This document shows, piece by piece, positions 5,522 through 13,467 of a stretch of 25,311 nt of DNA. Under the pieces are notes generated by a model, which made no database searches, was not told where the DNA came from, and saw nothing but the letters and a program-made list of their open reading frames with translations. This DNA comes from Planctomycetaceae bacterium (GTDB taxonomy: Bacteria; Planctomycetota; Planctomycetia; Planctomycetales; Planctomycetaceae): assembly GCA_019636285.1 (NCBI GenBank), contig JAHBXV010000067.1:1-25311 (forward strand), read 5' to 3'. Position 1 is the first letter of the stretch; each line of letters opens with the position of its first letter. The position numbers and the translations under genes were made by a program.

Positions 5522-6448
5522 TCATTCCGACGTTAATTGCCACGGCCCGGATGGACGCCAGGTCAAGGCGAACTCCTGGCCCGTAGCGAGTGCTGCTGCC
5601 AGTGGTCCCAAGAACTGCCCGAGGGCCTCGACAACGACGTGGAATTCGGCGGGGGCGATCTCCAGTCGCGACTTTCGCACGAATCCCTTCCACTGCGTCT
5701 GTTTGATCGGATCGTTCGCGAAGGCGGCGGTCAGCGCGATTGGGACCGCACTCATGGCGGTCTTGCGATTCTCAAATGTTCTCGTGACTGCCTCAGACAA
5801 CAAACGGCCGTCGAATTCAAACTGCCGCGACAAGAGCCATAGATCGAAGAAGTCCTTCAGACGGCTGTTGAGTTGCCCGAGCTTGACCATTGCCTCGAAC
5901 TTCTCGGCGACCACGGTCTCCCTGGGGTACGCGCGGAGTCGGGGCTGGGCATGGTCCAGGATCGTGGGGTAGTCGGCGAACGCGGCTTCGGGCACGACCG
6001 TGTCACCGAACCCGATGTCAATCTGCATGGGAACACGGGCATTTTCCAGGGACGCCTGAAAGGTGACTCGCACACCCGAGTAGTCCGCGTCTTCCTTGAT
6101 TTGTTGCCCTGCCACGGTCTCGACGGCAAACACCAATCCATCCGGCTCGACCGCGCGCTGACAGACATCGCGAAATACCGGGACGAGGGCATCCACGCTG
6201 TTGTTGAGCCGGCCCAGCAGGTCAATATCGCGTGTCGGACGGGAAGACAGCGCACCCCACAGGTTGAACAGGAGCGCTCCTTTGAGGATGAACCGCTCGG
6301 CATGTGGCGACTGCGACAGACGGTACAGGAATCTCTCCATCGCGAAGTATTGGAGCACTTCCTGAAAGGGACGCCCCGAGGCTACGGCCGAATTCATCAG
6401 CCGCTGGCGAACTGAGGCTGCGACGTTTTTGAGAGGCCGCTCGGTCAC
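5522..6448 (-). CDS. abiEii: AbiEii/AbiGii-family nucleotidyltransferase toxin (type IV toxin-antitoxin / abortive-infection)
   Basis: N-terminal signature ASVRQRLMNSAVASGRPFQEVLQYFAMERFLYRLSQS...ILKGALLF...RPTRDIDLL. The GTG start at 6448 overlaps the upstream stop as GTGA. An alternative ATG lies at 6397. The ORF-track extension to 7150 is an Arg/Pro-rich artefact. Confidence 0.8.
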   Translation of the reverse strand: MTERPLKNVAASVRQRLMNSAVASGRPFQEVLQYFAMERFLYRLSQSPHAERFILKGALLFNLWGALSSRPTRDIDLLGRLNNSVDALVPVFRDVCQRAVEPDGLVFAVETVAGQQIKEDADYSGVRVTFQASLENARVPMQIDIGFGDTVVPEAAFADYPTILDHAQPRLRAYPRETVVAEKFEAMVKLGQLNSRLKDFFDLWLLSRQFEFDGRLLSEAVTRTFENRKTAMSAVPIALTAAFANDPIKQTQWKGFVRKSRLEIAPAEFHVVVEALGQFLGPLAAALATGQEFALTWRPSGPWQLTSE

Positions 6449-7071
6449 AGCACGGCCTCCAGATAAGGCTGGATGACTCGCTTCACCCGACAGATTCCCG
6501 CGTAATGAAGGAGCGACTCGACGTTGACGCGGCCTTGGCGGCGGTATGCCTTGAGCGCCTCCAGCACGGTGTCGAGGCCGATCCGATTCCGGTGTTTGAA
6601 GCAGTCCGCCAGCGTTTTTTCGCGGCTGTAGATACGAACGGGGACTCCGTCGACCGTGTGTGTTTCGATCCCTTCCGAATAGGCGGGGCCGCTGAACCAG
6701 AAATGCCGCACCGGCGGATAGGACAGCCGAGGCGGTTCTGCCCCTCGGGGAATGGCGACGCAGATTTCGTGGGGGATTTGGGTGGTGAGTTCGTGCCAGG
6801 CGAGCGCCGAGATCAGGCAAAGCACCCCGTTGGGAATTCTGAGAGCGACGGTGACCAGGTCTGGATTGCCAAGCGACGGAGCGTCCGCGAGTCGGTACAG
6901 CCCCCGACTGAGCAGTTCGATCCGACCCGAATCGCGGAGAGCGTACAGAGTCCGGGGATGGATACCGGCCTCCAGAGCATCGCGCGTGCGGAGCATCCCC
7001 CCGAGGGCGCGGAAATGGTCCAGCGCCGCCGAGATCGGTCGGGGTTCTTCGGGAGGGTGTTCGACGCTCAT
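6445..7071 (-). CDS. abiEi: AbiEi-family antitoxin / transcriptional regulator (winged-HTH N-domain plus C-terminal domain)
   Basis: 208-aa ORF. LRTRDALEAGIHPRTLYALRDSGRIELLSRGLYRL is a winged HTH. Positioned immediately upstream of, and overlapping, the nucleotidyltransferase toxin. Confidence 0.85.
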   Translation of the reverse strand: MSVEHPPEEPRPISAALDHFRALGGMLRTRDALEAGIHPRTLYALRDSGRIELLSRGLYRLADAPSLGNPDLVTVALRIPNGVLCLISALAWHELTTQIPHEICVAIPRGAEPPRLSYPPVRHFWFSGPAYSEGIETHTVDGVPVRIYSREKTLADCFKHRNRIGLDTVLEALKAYRRQGRVNVESLLHYAGICRVKRVIQPYLEAVL

Positions 7072-7078
7072 GTGGATA

Positions 7079-7084
7079 AATATA
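7079..7084 (-). promoter_or_regulatory. Candidate -10 hexamer TATATT located 7 nt upstream of the abiEi ATG, implying a leaderless or near-leaderless transcript. A weak -35 CTGGCA lies 18 nt upstream, next to the direct repeat ACGCC-ACGCC.
   Basis: Read from the reverse complement of 7072-7130. No SD sequence lies between the hexamer and the ATG. Confidence 0.3.
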
Positions 7085-7569
7085 CCAGCACGGCGTGGCG
7101 TGTGCCAGTTTTTCTATCCAGGCGAGGCAGTTTTGGTAGAGGGCCAACACGGATGGGGGCTCGGCTTCCGAATGCCACGATGGACGGTGGCGGCAAGGCC
7201 ATGCGGCAAAACCGCTACAGCCGGACCGGAGATCGTGAGGGCCAACTCCCCGTAGGGCAGATTGGGATTCTCAGGGGCGGCCTCCGGGGTGCAAAAATGA
7301 GATCGACCCTCATTTACCCGCGAATTGCCGAGTCTATCACGATGAAGAACCTGTTTCAGCCCCTGTCGCTGCCGATCCTGGCGAAGCCGAGCGCCCAAGA
7401 GGTTTGTTGAAATCGCCCGTCGAGGCCTATCGCTCCGCCACGACTAACGATGTTCAGAAACGTCTCGTGGACATCCTTGATCCTCCGGAGTTACACCGGA
7501 TACAGCCCGGTGAGTGTGCGATAGGACCGAGTGAAGCTGCTTACAATCGCTCAGCAAACAACGCTTCAC

Positions 7570-10500
7570 TTACTGTTTGTGGATTGTCGTGGCAGCTTCT
7601 TCGACCATGACCGGGGATGGATTCAGTGTTGGATCGCTGGTTGGTTGCGATCCGGCCAACGGCGTCGGCATACCGGCTGATATCGGATTTGAAGGCGGTT
7701 GAATTCCGTCGGAGTGGGGCTGCTTATGTTCGTAAACCTTGCGGCCAAACTTGAAGAACAATGCAGGCGTGACGACTTGGTCGAGGATCGTCGACGTGAG
7801 CATTCCGCCGAAGACAACCAACGCCAGCGGATACAGAATCTCCTTGCCAGTCTGGCCTGCTCCGAACAGCAGTGGCAAGAGGCCGATGAAACTGGTCATC
7901 GCGGTCATCATCACGGGGGCGAGGCGTTCCAGGCTGCCACGCACGATCATCTGTTCGGAGAAGGCTTCACCTTCATGCTGCATCAGGTGAATGTAGTGTG
8001 TGATCATCATGATGCCGTTGCGACTCACGACGCCGATGAGCGTGATGAAGCCAACCCAGTGCGCGACGGACAGACTGGTGGCACTGACCCACACACGGGG
8101 CCAGTCCCACCAGGGGGCGGCTTGCAATGCGGACCACTCGGGGCGATTGACGATCAACAGCGTCAGCACCGAACCGAATGCAGCGAGAGGGATGTTGACT
8201 AGGACTTGTACAGCGGCCCTCCACGAATCGAGCGCTTTGCAGAGCAGCAGGAAGACCCCAAGGATGCTGAGCGTGCCGAGTATTGCCAAGCGGCGGTTGG
8301 CTTGCTGCTGGGCCTCAAACTGTCCGCTGAATTCGACGTAGTAGCTGCCGGGAAGTTGTTGGAGACTCTCTTCAACAGGGGCGACAGCCGCCTTGATATC
8401 CCTCACCACACTGGCGAGGTCACGCCCCTGCACGTTGCAGAAGACAACGATCCGACGTTGGACATTCTCGCGGTTGAGCGTGTTCGGGCCGGTGGTGTCC
8501 AGCACTTCCGCGACTTGTCCCAGCGCAACGCGGCGGCCGGAGGGAGTCTCCAGAATCGTCTCATTGATGGTTTCGGGATCGCTGCGCGAGGCTTCGTCGT
8601 ACCAGACGACGAGTCCAAAATAGCGGTCTTCGTCTAGCACTTGCGAGACGACTTGCCCCCGGTAGGCCGTCTCCAACAGATCCGCGACATCGCCCGGAGC
8701 GAGTCCGTAGCGGGCGGCCTCGTCACGCTTGACTCGCAGGCGAATCTGCGAAATCTCGATCTGCGGCTCGATCTGCAAATCGACGATGCCAGGGATCGTC
8801 TGCATTCGCTCCTGCATGTTGCTGGCGGCGGTCCGCAACTCGCGCAGGTCTTGCCCGAAAATCTTCACGGCGATCTGGGCGCGGATGCCCGACATCATGT
8901 GGTCCAGTCGGTGCGAGATCGGCTGACCGATATTGACCGCCGCGCCGGGGATGTTTGAGATGCGGTCGCGCACGTCGGCGATCACCTCGGCGCGCGGACG
9001 CCCCACGGAATCGAAACCCCACAAATGGACGATCGGGATCAGCCGCAGGGCCGCATAACCCCAGCCAGATTTCGGCGGATGGTGTTCGGCGAGTCGTACA
9101 TCGATCTCGGACGAATTGACTCCCTCGGCGTGTTCGTCCAGTTCCGCCCGACCTGTTCGGCGAGAGACCGACAACACTTCGGGAACATCGAGGATCAACC
9201 CCTCGGCGCGTGCGGCGATGCGCTGGCTTTCGTCGAGGCTCGTCCCCGGTTCCATACGCAGGCTGATTGTCAACGTCCCTTCATTGAATGGCGGCAGAAA
9301 CTCGCCGCCCATCCACAGGATGCTGGCACAGGAGAGCGTAACCAAAACGGCGACACCACTCAGAACCAGCGTTGCGTGACGTAACGTGAACCTCAATACC
9401 ATCTCATCCAGTCGCTTGAGCCAGCGAAGGACCAGCGGGTCGGCTCCTTCGTCCAGCAACTTGGCTTTCGACAGCAGTACCGAACCGAATGCGGGAGTGA
9501 AGGTCAGTGACACGACTAGCGAACAGAGCAGAGCGGTGATGTAGGCTACGCCCAGCGGAGCGAACATACGGCCTTCCAACCCGGCCATCGAAAACAACGG
9601 GAACATGACCAGAATGACAATCAGTGTGGCATAGACAATCGAATTGCGCACTTCGCACGAGGCGTCGTAGATCACGTCCAAAGGTGAACGCTGCTGGCTA
9701 ACTGGCAGGTGCCGATTTTCCTTCAAACGGCGATAGATGTTCTCGATGTCGACGATGGAATCGTCCACCAGATCGCCGATCGCCACCGCGATGCCTCCCA
9801 GCGTCATCGTGTTGATCGTGATGCCAAACCAGTGGAACACCAGAATCGTGAGCAGGATCGACAGTGGCATCGACGTGAGCGAACTGACGCTCGTGCGGAA
9901 ATTGCCCATCATCAGGAACAGGATGACGACCACCCACAAGGCCCCGTCACGCACCGCTTCGGTGACGTTTTCCACGGCGGCTGCGATGAAGTCGGCCTGC
10001 TTGAAGATGCGACGCTCGATGACGACATCGGGCGGCAATTCTTTCTGCAACGATTCCAGAACGTCGTCGATCATGCGGTCCAAAGCCAGCGTGTCGGCGT
10101 TGGGTTGTTTCTGCACCGTGATGATGACGGCCGGGCCACCGCTGACTTTTGTTGTCGCATGTACCTCTTCGGGCTGGTCGCCGCCGTCATGCCCATGGGC
10201 TGCCGGTACCGGAGTGTGCGGATGGGGCGACTGCTCGTCGTGACTCCCGTTCGAGTGTCCGTCCTCGCCGTGACTTTCGTCGTGTGCAGAGGAGTCTGGA
10301 TGTTCGTGCGGCAGTGATTCGCGAACGGCAGCGTTCACATCGGGTTCGAGCTTCACCCACGCGCTGCCATCTCCCCGTTTGACCGGCCCGCCGAAGCGGA
10401 CTTCGGCCACGTCCTTGATCCGGACCGGCATCGGGTCACGCCACAGAACGGGCGTGTTTTCAATCTCCTCCAGCGTGAGGCTCTGCCCATTGATGCGTAA

Positions 10501-11211
10501 CAGAGACTCTTTCGGTGAGCGGACTACGATGCCACCACCGGCGATCACGTTCGCCTTCTTCGCGGCCGTGACAAGTTGTTCCAGCGTCACGTTCTGAGCG
10601 GCCAACCGCGCTGGGGACGTGACGATCTGATACTGTTTGAAGATCCCGCCCATGACCGTGACCTGCGACACGCCACCCACTGCCAACAGCCGGTTCCGCA
10701 GCGTGAACTCTCCCAGCGTGCGTAGCTCCATCGCCTTGGCGTTTTGTTCTTCGGGGGTCTTCAACTCCGCGCTGGAGCGCAGGCCGAGCAACATGATCTC
10801 GCCCATGATCGACGAGATCGGTGCCATCACCGGATTCGTTCCTGCGGGCAGTCGCTCGCGGGCGAGTTGCAACTTCTCGGACACAATTTGCCGGTCGCGA
10901 AAGATGTCGGTGCCCCAATCGAACTCGACCCACACGATCGACAGTCCGATTCCCGATGCCGACCGGACTCGTTTCACGTCGGTTGCGCCGTTCAGCAGGA
11001 ACTCAAGAGGTCGGGTGACCAGCACCTCGACCTCTTCGGGGGCCAGACCAGTGGCTTCGGTCATGATTGTGACCGTCGGGCGGTTCAAATCCGGAAACAC
11101 ATCGACTGGCATCTCGCGCAGCTGGATGGCTCCCAATACCATGACGACGAGCGCCCCGATCAACACCAGGGCTCGGTTTTTCAGCGAGAAGGAAATGATT
11201 CCATTCAGCAT
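7570..11211 (-). CDS. Heavy-metal efflux RND transporter, CusA/CzcA (HME) family, with a His-rich periplasmic insertion
   Basis: Starts MLNGIISFSLKNRALVLIGALVVMVLG (ATG 11211). 12-TM RND architecture with the HME-type TM4 segment VAIGDLVDDSIVDIENI. The roughly 50-aa His/Asp/Glu-rich segment HEHPDSSAHDESHGEDGHSNGSHDEQSPHPHTPVPAAHGHDGG maps to 10162-10311. Confidence 0.9.
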   Translation of the reverse strand: MLNGIISFSLKNRALVLIGALVVMVLGAIQLREMPVDVFPDLNRPTVTIMTEATGLAPEEVEVLVTRPLEFLLNGATDVKRVRSASGIGLSIVWVEFDWGTDIFRDRQIVSEKLQLARERLPAGTNPVMAPISSIMGEIMLLGLRSSAELKTPEEQNAKAMELRTLGEFTLRNRLLAVGGVSQVTVMGGIFKQYQIVTSPARLAAQNVTLEQLVTAAKKANVIAGGGIVVRSPKESLLRINGQSLTLEEIENTPVLWRDPMPVRIKDVAEVRFGGPVKRGDGSAWVKLEPDVNAAVRESLPHEHPDSSAHDESHGEDGHSNGSHDEQSPHPHTPVPAAHGHDGGDQPEEVHATTKVSGGPAVIITVQKQPNADTLALDRMIDDVLESLQKELPPDVVIERRIFKQADFIAAAVENVTEAVRDGALWVVVILFLMMGNFRTSVSSLTSMPLSILLTILVFHWFGITINTMTLGGIAVAIGDLVDDSIVDIENIYRRLKENRHLPVSQQRSPLDVIYDASCEVRNSIVYATLIVILVMFPLFSMAGLEGRMFAPLGVAYITALLCSLVVSLTFTPAFGSVLLSKAKLLDEGADPLVLRWLKRLDEMVLRFTLRHATLVLSGVAVLVTLSCASILWMGGEFLPPFNEGTLTISLRMEPGTSLDESQRIAARAEGLILDVPEVLSVSRRTGRAELDEHAEGVNSSEIDVRLAEHHPPKSGWGYAALRLIPIVHLWGFDSVGRPRAEVIADVRDRISNIPGAAVNIGQPISHRLDHMMSGIRAQIAVKIFGQDLRELRTAASNMQERMQTIPGIVDLQIEPQIEISQIRLRVKRDEAARYGLAPGDVADLLETAYRGQVVSQVLDEDRYFGLVVWYDEASRSDPETINETILETPSGRRVALGQVAEVLDTTGPNTLNRENVQRRIVVFCNVQGRDLASVVRDIKAAVAPVEESLQQLPGSYYVEFSGQFEAQQQANRRLAILGTLSILGVFLLLCKALDSWRAAVQVLVNIPLAAFGSVLTLLIVNRPEWSALQAAPWWDWPRVWVSATSLSVAHWVGFITLIGVVSRNGIMMITHYIHLMQHEGEAFSEQMIVRGSLERLAPVMMTAMTSFIGLLPLLFGAGQTGKEILYPLALVVFGGMLTSTILDQVVTPALFFKFGRKVYEHKQPHSDGIQPPSNPISAGMPTPLAGSQPTSDPTLNPSPVMVEEAATTIHKQ

Positions 11212-11227
11212 GACGAACTTTCTGGCA

Positions 11228-13420
11228 TCAGCGCACGGCCGCATAGGCGGTTTGCAATTGTGGAACTCCGCCGGTGGCAATGTTCTCGCCGCGGGAGAGA
11301 CCGCTTTTCACCTCGAAAAACCGATCGTCGGCCCGTCCCAACTCGATACGACGCCGCTCGAATGTGCCGTCTGGCTTCCGGACGAAGACAAAGCTCCGCA
11401 GCCCATCGCGAATGACGGCCTCCAACGGGACGGCCAGGGTCGCGGGGGGCCGGTCGGTAGTCAGGGTGACTCGCGCCGCCATGTTGTGTTGCAGAGCCAC
11501 GGGTGGCAGCGACTGGAATTCGAGCCACGCGGCTTGTGTGCGACTGTCGGCCCCCACCACCGCTCCAATCCGCGTCACGGTTCCCTCGGCCGTGAGATCG
11601 GGATACGCCACCAATCGGATGCGGGCTTTCTGCCCCGGTTGGACGAGAACCGAGTCCCGTTCTCCAACAAACACCTGGACTCGCATTTGCGAGACGTCGT
11701 GAATCTCGAACAGCGGTTCGTCGGCTCGCACGACCTGACCGAACTTCCGATCCAGGTCTGCGACCAGTCCGTCAATCGGCGCTCGCACGGGCAATGTGTC
11801 GATCACGCGGCCCGTTTCGAGCACCTCCTCAATCTGCGTCGTTGTGACACCCAGCGTGAGCAGTTTCTGCCGCAAACCGGCAATCTGAGTGTCGAACGTC
11901 TTCACTTGCCCCTCCGTTTCGAGAATCGTCCGACGTGGGATCGCATCGCCCACGCCACGGCGACGGACCAGTGTGTCACGCCACATCACACCATCGAGAT
12001 GTGCCTGTAACAGCCCCAGTTGAATGTCCCGTAGTTCGAGGCTGGCAATTTCGGCGAGTACGTCTCCGGCTTTGACAGACTGTCCACGGTCGACGTGAAT
12101 GCCGACTAGCTTGCCCCCGAGTTGAGACGATGCCTGCGTGCGATGATCGGACGGGATGTCGAGTCCGCCATCAAAACTCTGGATGCGCTCGACGACATGC
12201 TCGGAGACGGGCTCCACCTTCAGTCCGATCGTCCGTGCCGTCTCTGGTCCGATGCGCAGCACACCGAGAAAGAACAGGCTCGACAGGGAGTGCCCGCCCC
12301 GCGTGACCACGCGATCCCCTGGCAGTAACTTGCCCGCCAGAATTTCCACCTGACCTGACCACTGTCGTCCGACAACAACTGCGACCTTCTGATATTGCGA
12401 GCCGCCCTTCAGTTCGGATTCTTCGATCAGGACATAGCGTTCTGCTCCGTCGCTTTGCACCGCTTCCGTCGGCACGGACATGACCGACTTGCGACTGATC
12501 CAGGTCACTTCTGCCTGCCCGTTCATGCCCGGTCGAAACACGGGCGAGTCCTTTGGGTTTTGGACCGCAGCCCAGGCGGTGCTTTGATGAGTGAGCGGGT
12601 CGAGCATCGCGCCGAGTTTGTCGATCCTCGTCTCAAACACCCGACCCGGCAGTCCGCTCAGCGATAACCGCACCGATTGGCCAATCGCCACCCGATGCCA
12701 GTCCCGTTCGAGGACACCAATTTTCACCCACACGGTCGAGAGATCGACGACCTCCATCAGATGTTCGGTCGGTTCGACGAATTTGCCGATCGCCAGGTCC
12801 GAATGCACAACCACGCCACTCACCAGACTTTGTACCGGCAGCCGCAAAGGTTCTTTCTGATCGGTCGTCAACAAGCCCTCGGCCACACCCAGTGCAGCCG
12901 CCTTGGATTGCAAGACACGCAATGCGTTCAAGTTCTGCTGGTGGGCCAGTTGCGCTTCAAGCAATCGCTGTCCCGCAACAGCCCCCACTTTGGCTGCCGG
13001 TTCCAAGCCTTCGAGGATTTTTCCAGAGAGGTCGATGTCGTTCTGAGCCTGTTGATAGTCCAACCGCAGCGTGTGCAGATCGAGACTGTCGAGTTCAGCC
13101 ACAATCTGTCCCGCCTCCACGACATCACCGGGACGCACCAGCAGAGTGACCACCCGTCCCGCCAGTCGCGATGTGACGACGGCGTACTTAGTCCACGGAG
13201 CGACAAGCGTCGCGTAGGCCCGCAACCGCTCGGTTCCCTCGCGCTGCTCAACCTCCACCGTCCGCACGTCGATCAGATCGCGAGCGGCCTTGCTCAGTAT
13301 GATCCGCCCTTGGGCGAGGTCCACCTGAACACCCTTGGTCGGCAACGGTTGATGCCCTTCGTGCCCAAACGCCGAGGCAGTCAACGCACCAACGAGCACC
13401 AAACAGACAACCCGCTTCAT
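11228..13420 (-). CDS. Tandem-fused double membrane-fusion protein (two complete CusB/CzcB-like periplasmic adaptor modules in one 731-aa polypeptide)
   Basis: Signal peptide MKRVVCLVLVGALTASAFG followed by HEGH. Both halves contain lipoyl/beta-hairpin (..PGDVVEAGQIVAELDS.. and ..AGDVLAEIASLE..), coiled-coil and C-terminal beta-barrel/MP segments. Continuous ORF without an internal stop. Confidence 0.85.
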   Translation of the reverse strand: MKRVVCLVLVGALTASAFGHEGHQPLPTKGVQVDLAQGRIILSKAARDLIDVRTVEVEQREGTERLRAYATLVAPWTKYAVVTSRLAGRVVTLLVRPGDVVEAGQIVAELDSLDLHTLRLDYQQAQNDIDLSGKILEGLEPAAKVGAVAGQRLLEAQLAHQQNLNALRVLQSKAAALGVAEGLLTTDQKEPLRLPVQSLVSGVVVHSDLAIGKFVEPTEHLMEVVDLSTVWVKIGVLERDWHRVAIGQSVRLSLSGLPGRVFETRIDKLGAMLDPLTHQSTAWAAVQNPKDSPVFRPGMNGQAEVTWISRKSVMSVPTEAVQSDGAERYVLIEESELKGGSQYQKVAVVVGRQWSGQVEILAGKLLPGDRVVTRGGHSLSSLFFLGVLRIGPETARTIGLKVEPVSEHVVERIQSFDGGLDIPSDHRTQASSQLGGKLVGIHVDRGQSVKAGDVLAEIASLELRDIQLGLLQAHLDGVMWRDTLVRRRGVGDAIPRRTILETEGQVKTFDTQIAGLRQKLLTLGVTTTQIEEVLETGRVIDTLPVRAPIDGLVADLDRKFGQVVRADEPLFEIHDVSQMRVQVFVGERDSVLVQPGQKARIRLVAYPDLTAEGTVTRIGAVVGADSRTQAAWLEFQSLPPVALQHNMAARVTLTTDRPPATLAVPLEAVIRDGLRSFVFVRKPDGTFERRRIELGRADDRFFEVKSGLSRGENIATGGVPQLQTAYAAVR

Positions 13421-13467
13421 AATCGAGCTTCCTGTCAGCGCTGCGTTCCTATTGTCATGTGGAAATG

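Noticed and set aside
7100-7115. TGGCAC motif upstream of abiEi resembling a sigma-54 -24 element
   Set aside because: No TTGC -12 element at the required spacing.
6449-7150. N-terminal 234-aa extension of the ORF-track 542-aa protein (5522..7150)
   Set aside because: Arg/Pro/Gly-rich and overlaps abiEi in another frame. The toxin homology begins only at about 6448, where a GTGA-coupled start exists.
6505-7410. 301-aa plus-strand ORF
   Set aside because: Antisense to abiEi and to its promoter region. No domain-like sequence.
7404-7610. 68-aa TTG-initiated plus-strand ORF overlapping the czcA stop
   Set aside because: No RBS or ATG. Mixed codon usage. More likely a non-coding 3' region containing a stem (GTGAAGC..GCTTCAC, 7531-7569) just after the czcA stop.
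10637-12010. 457-aa plus-strand ORF spanning the czcA/MFP junction
   Set aside because: Antisense artefact crossing two well-supported minus-strand genes. Ser/Arg/Thr-rich composition.
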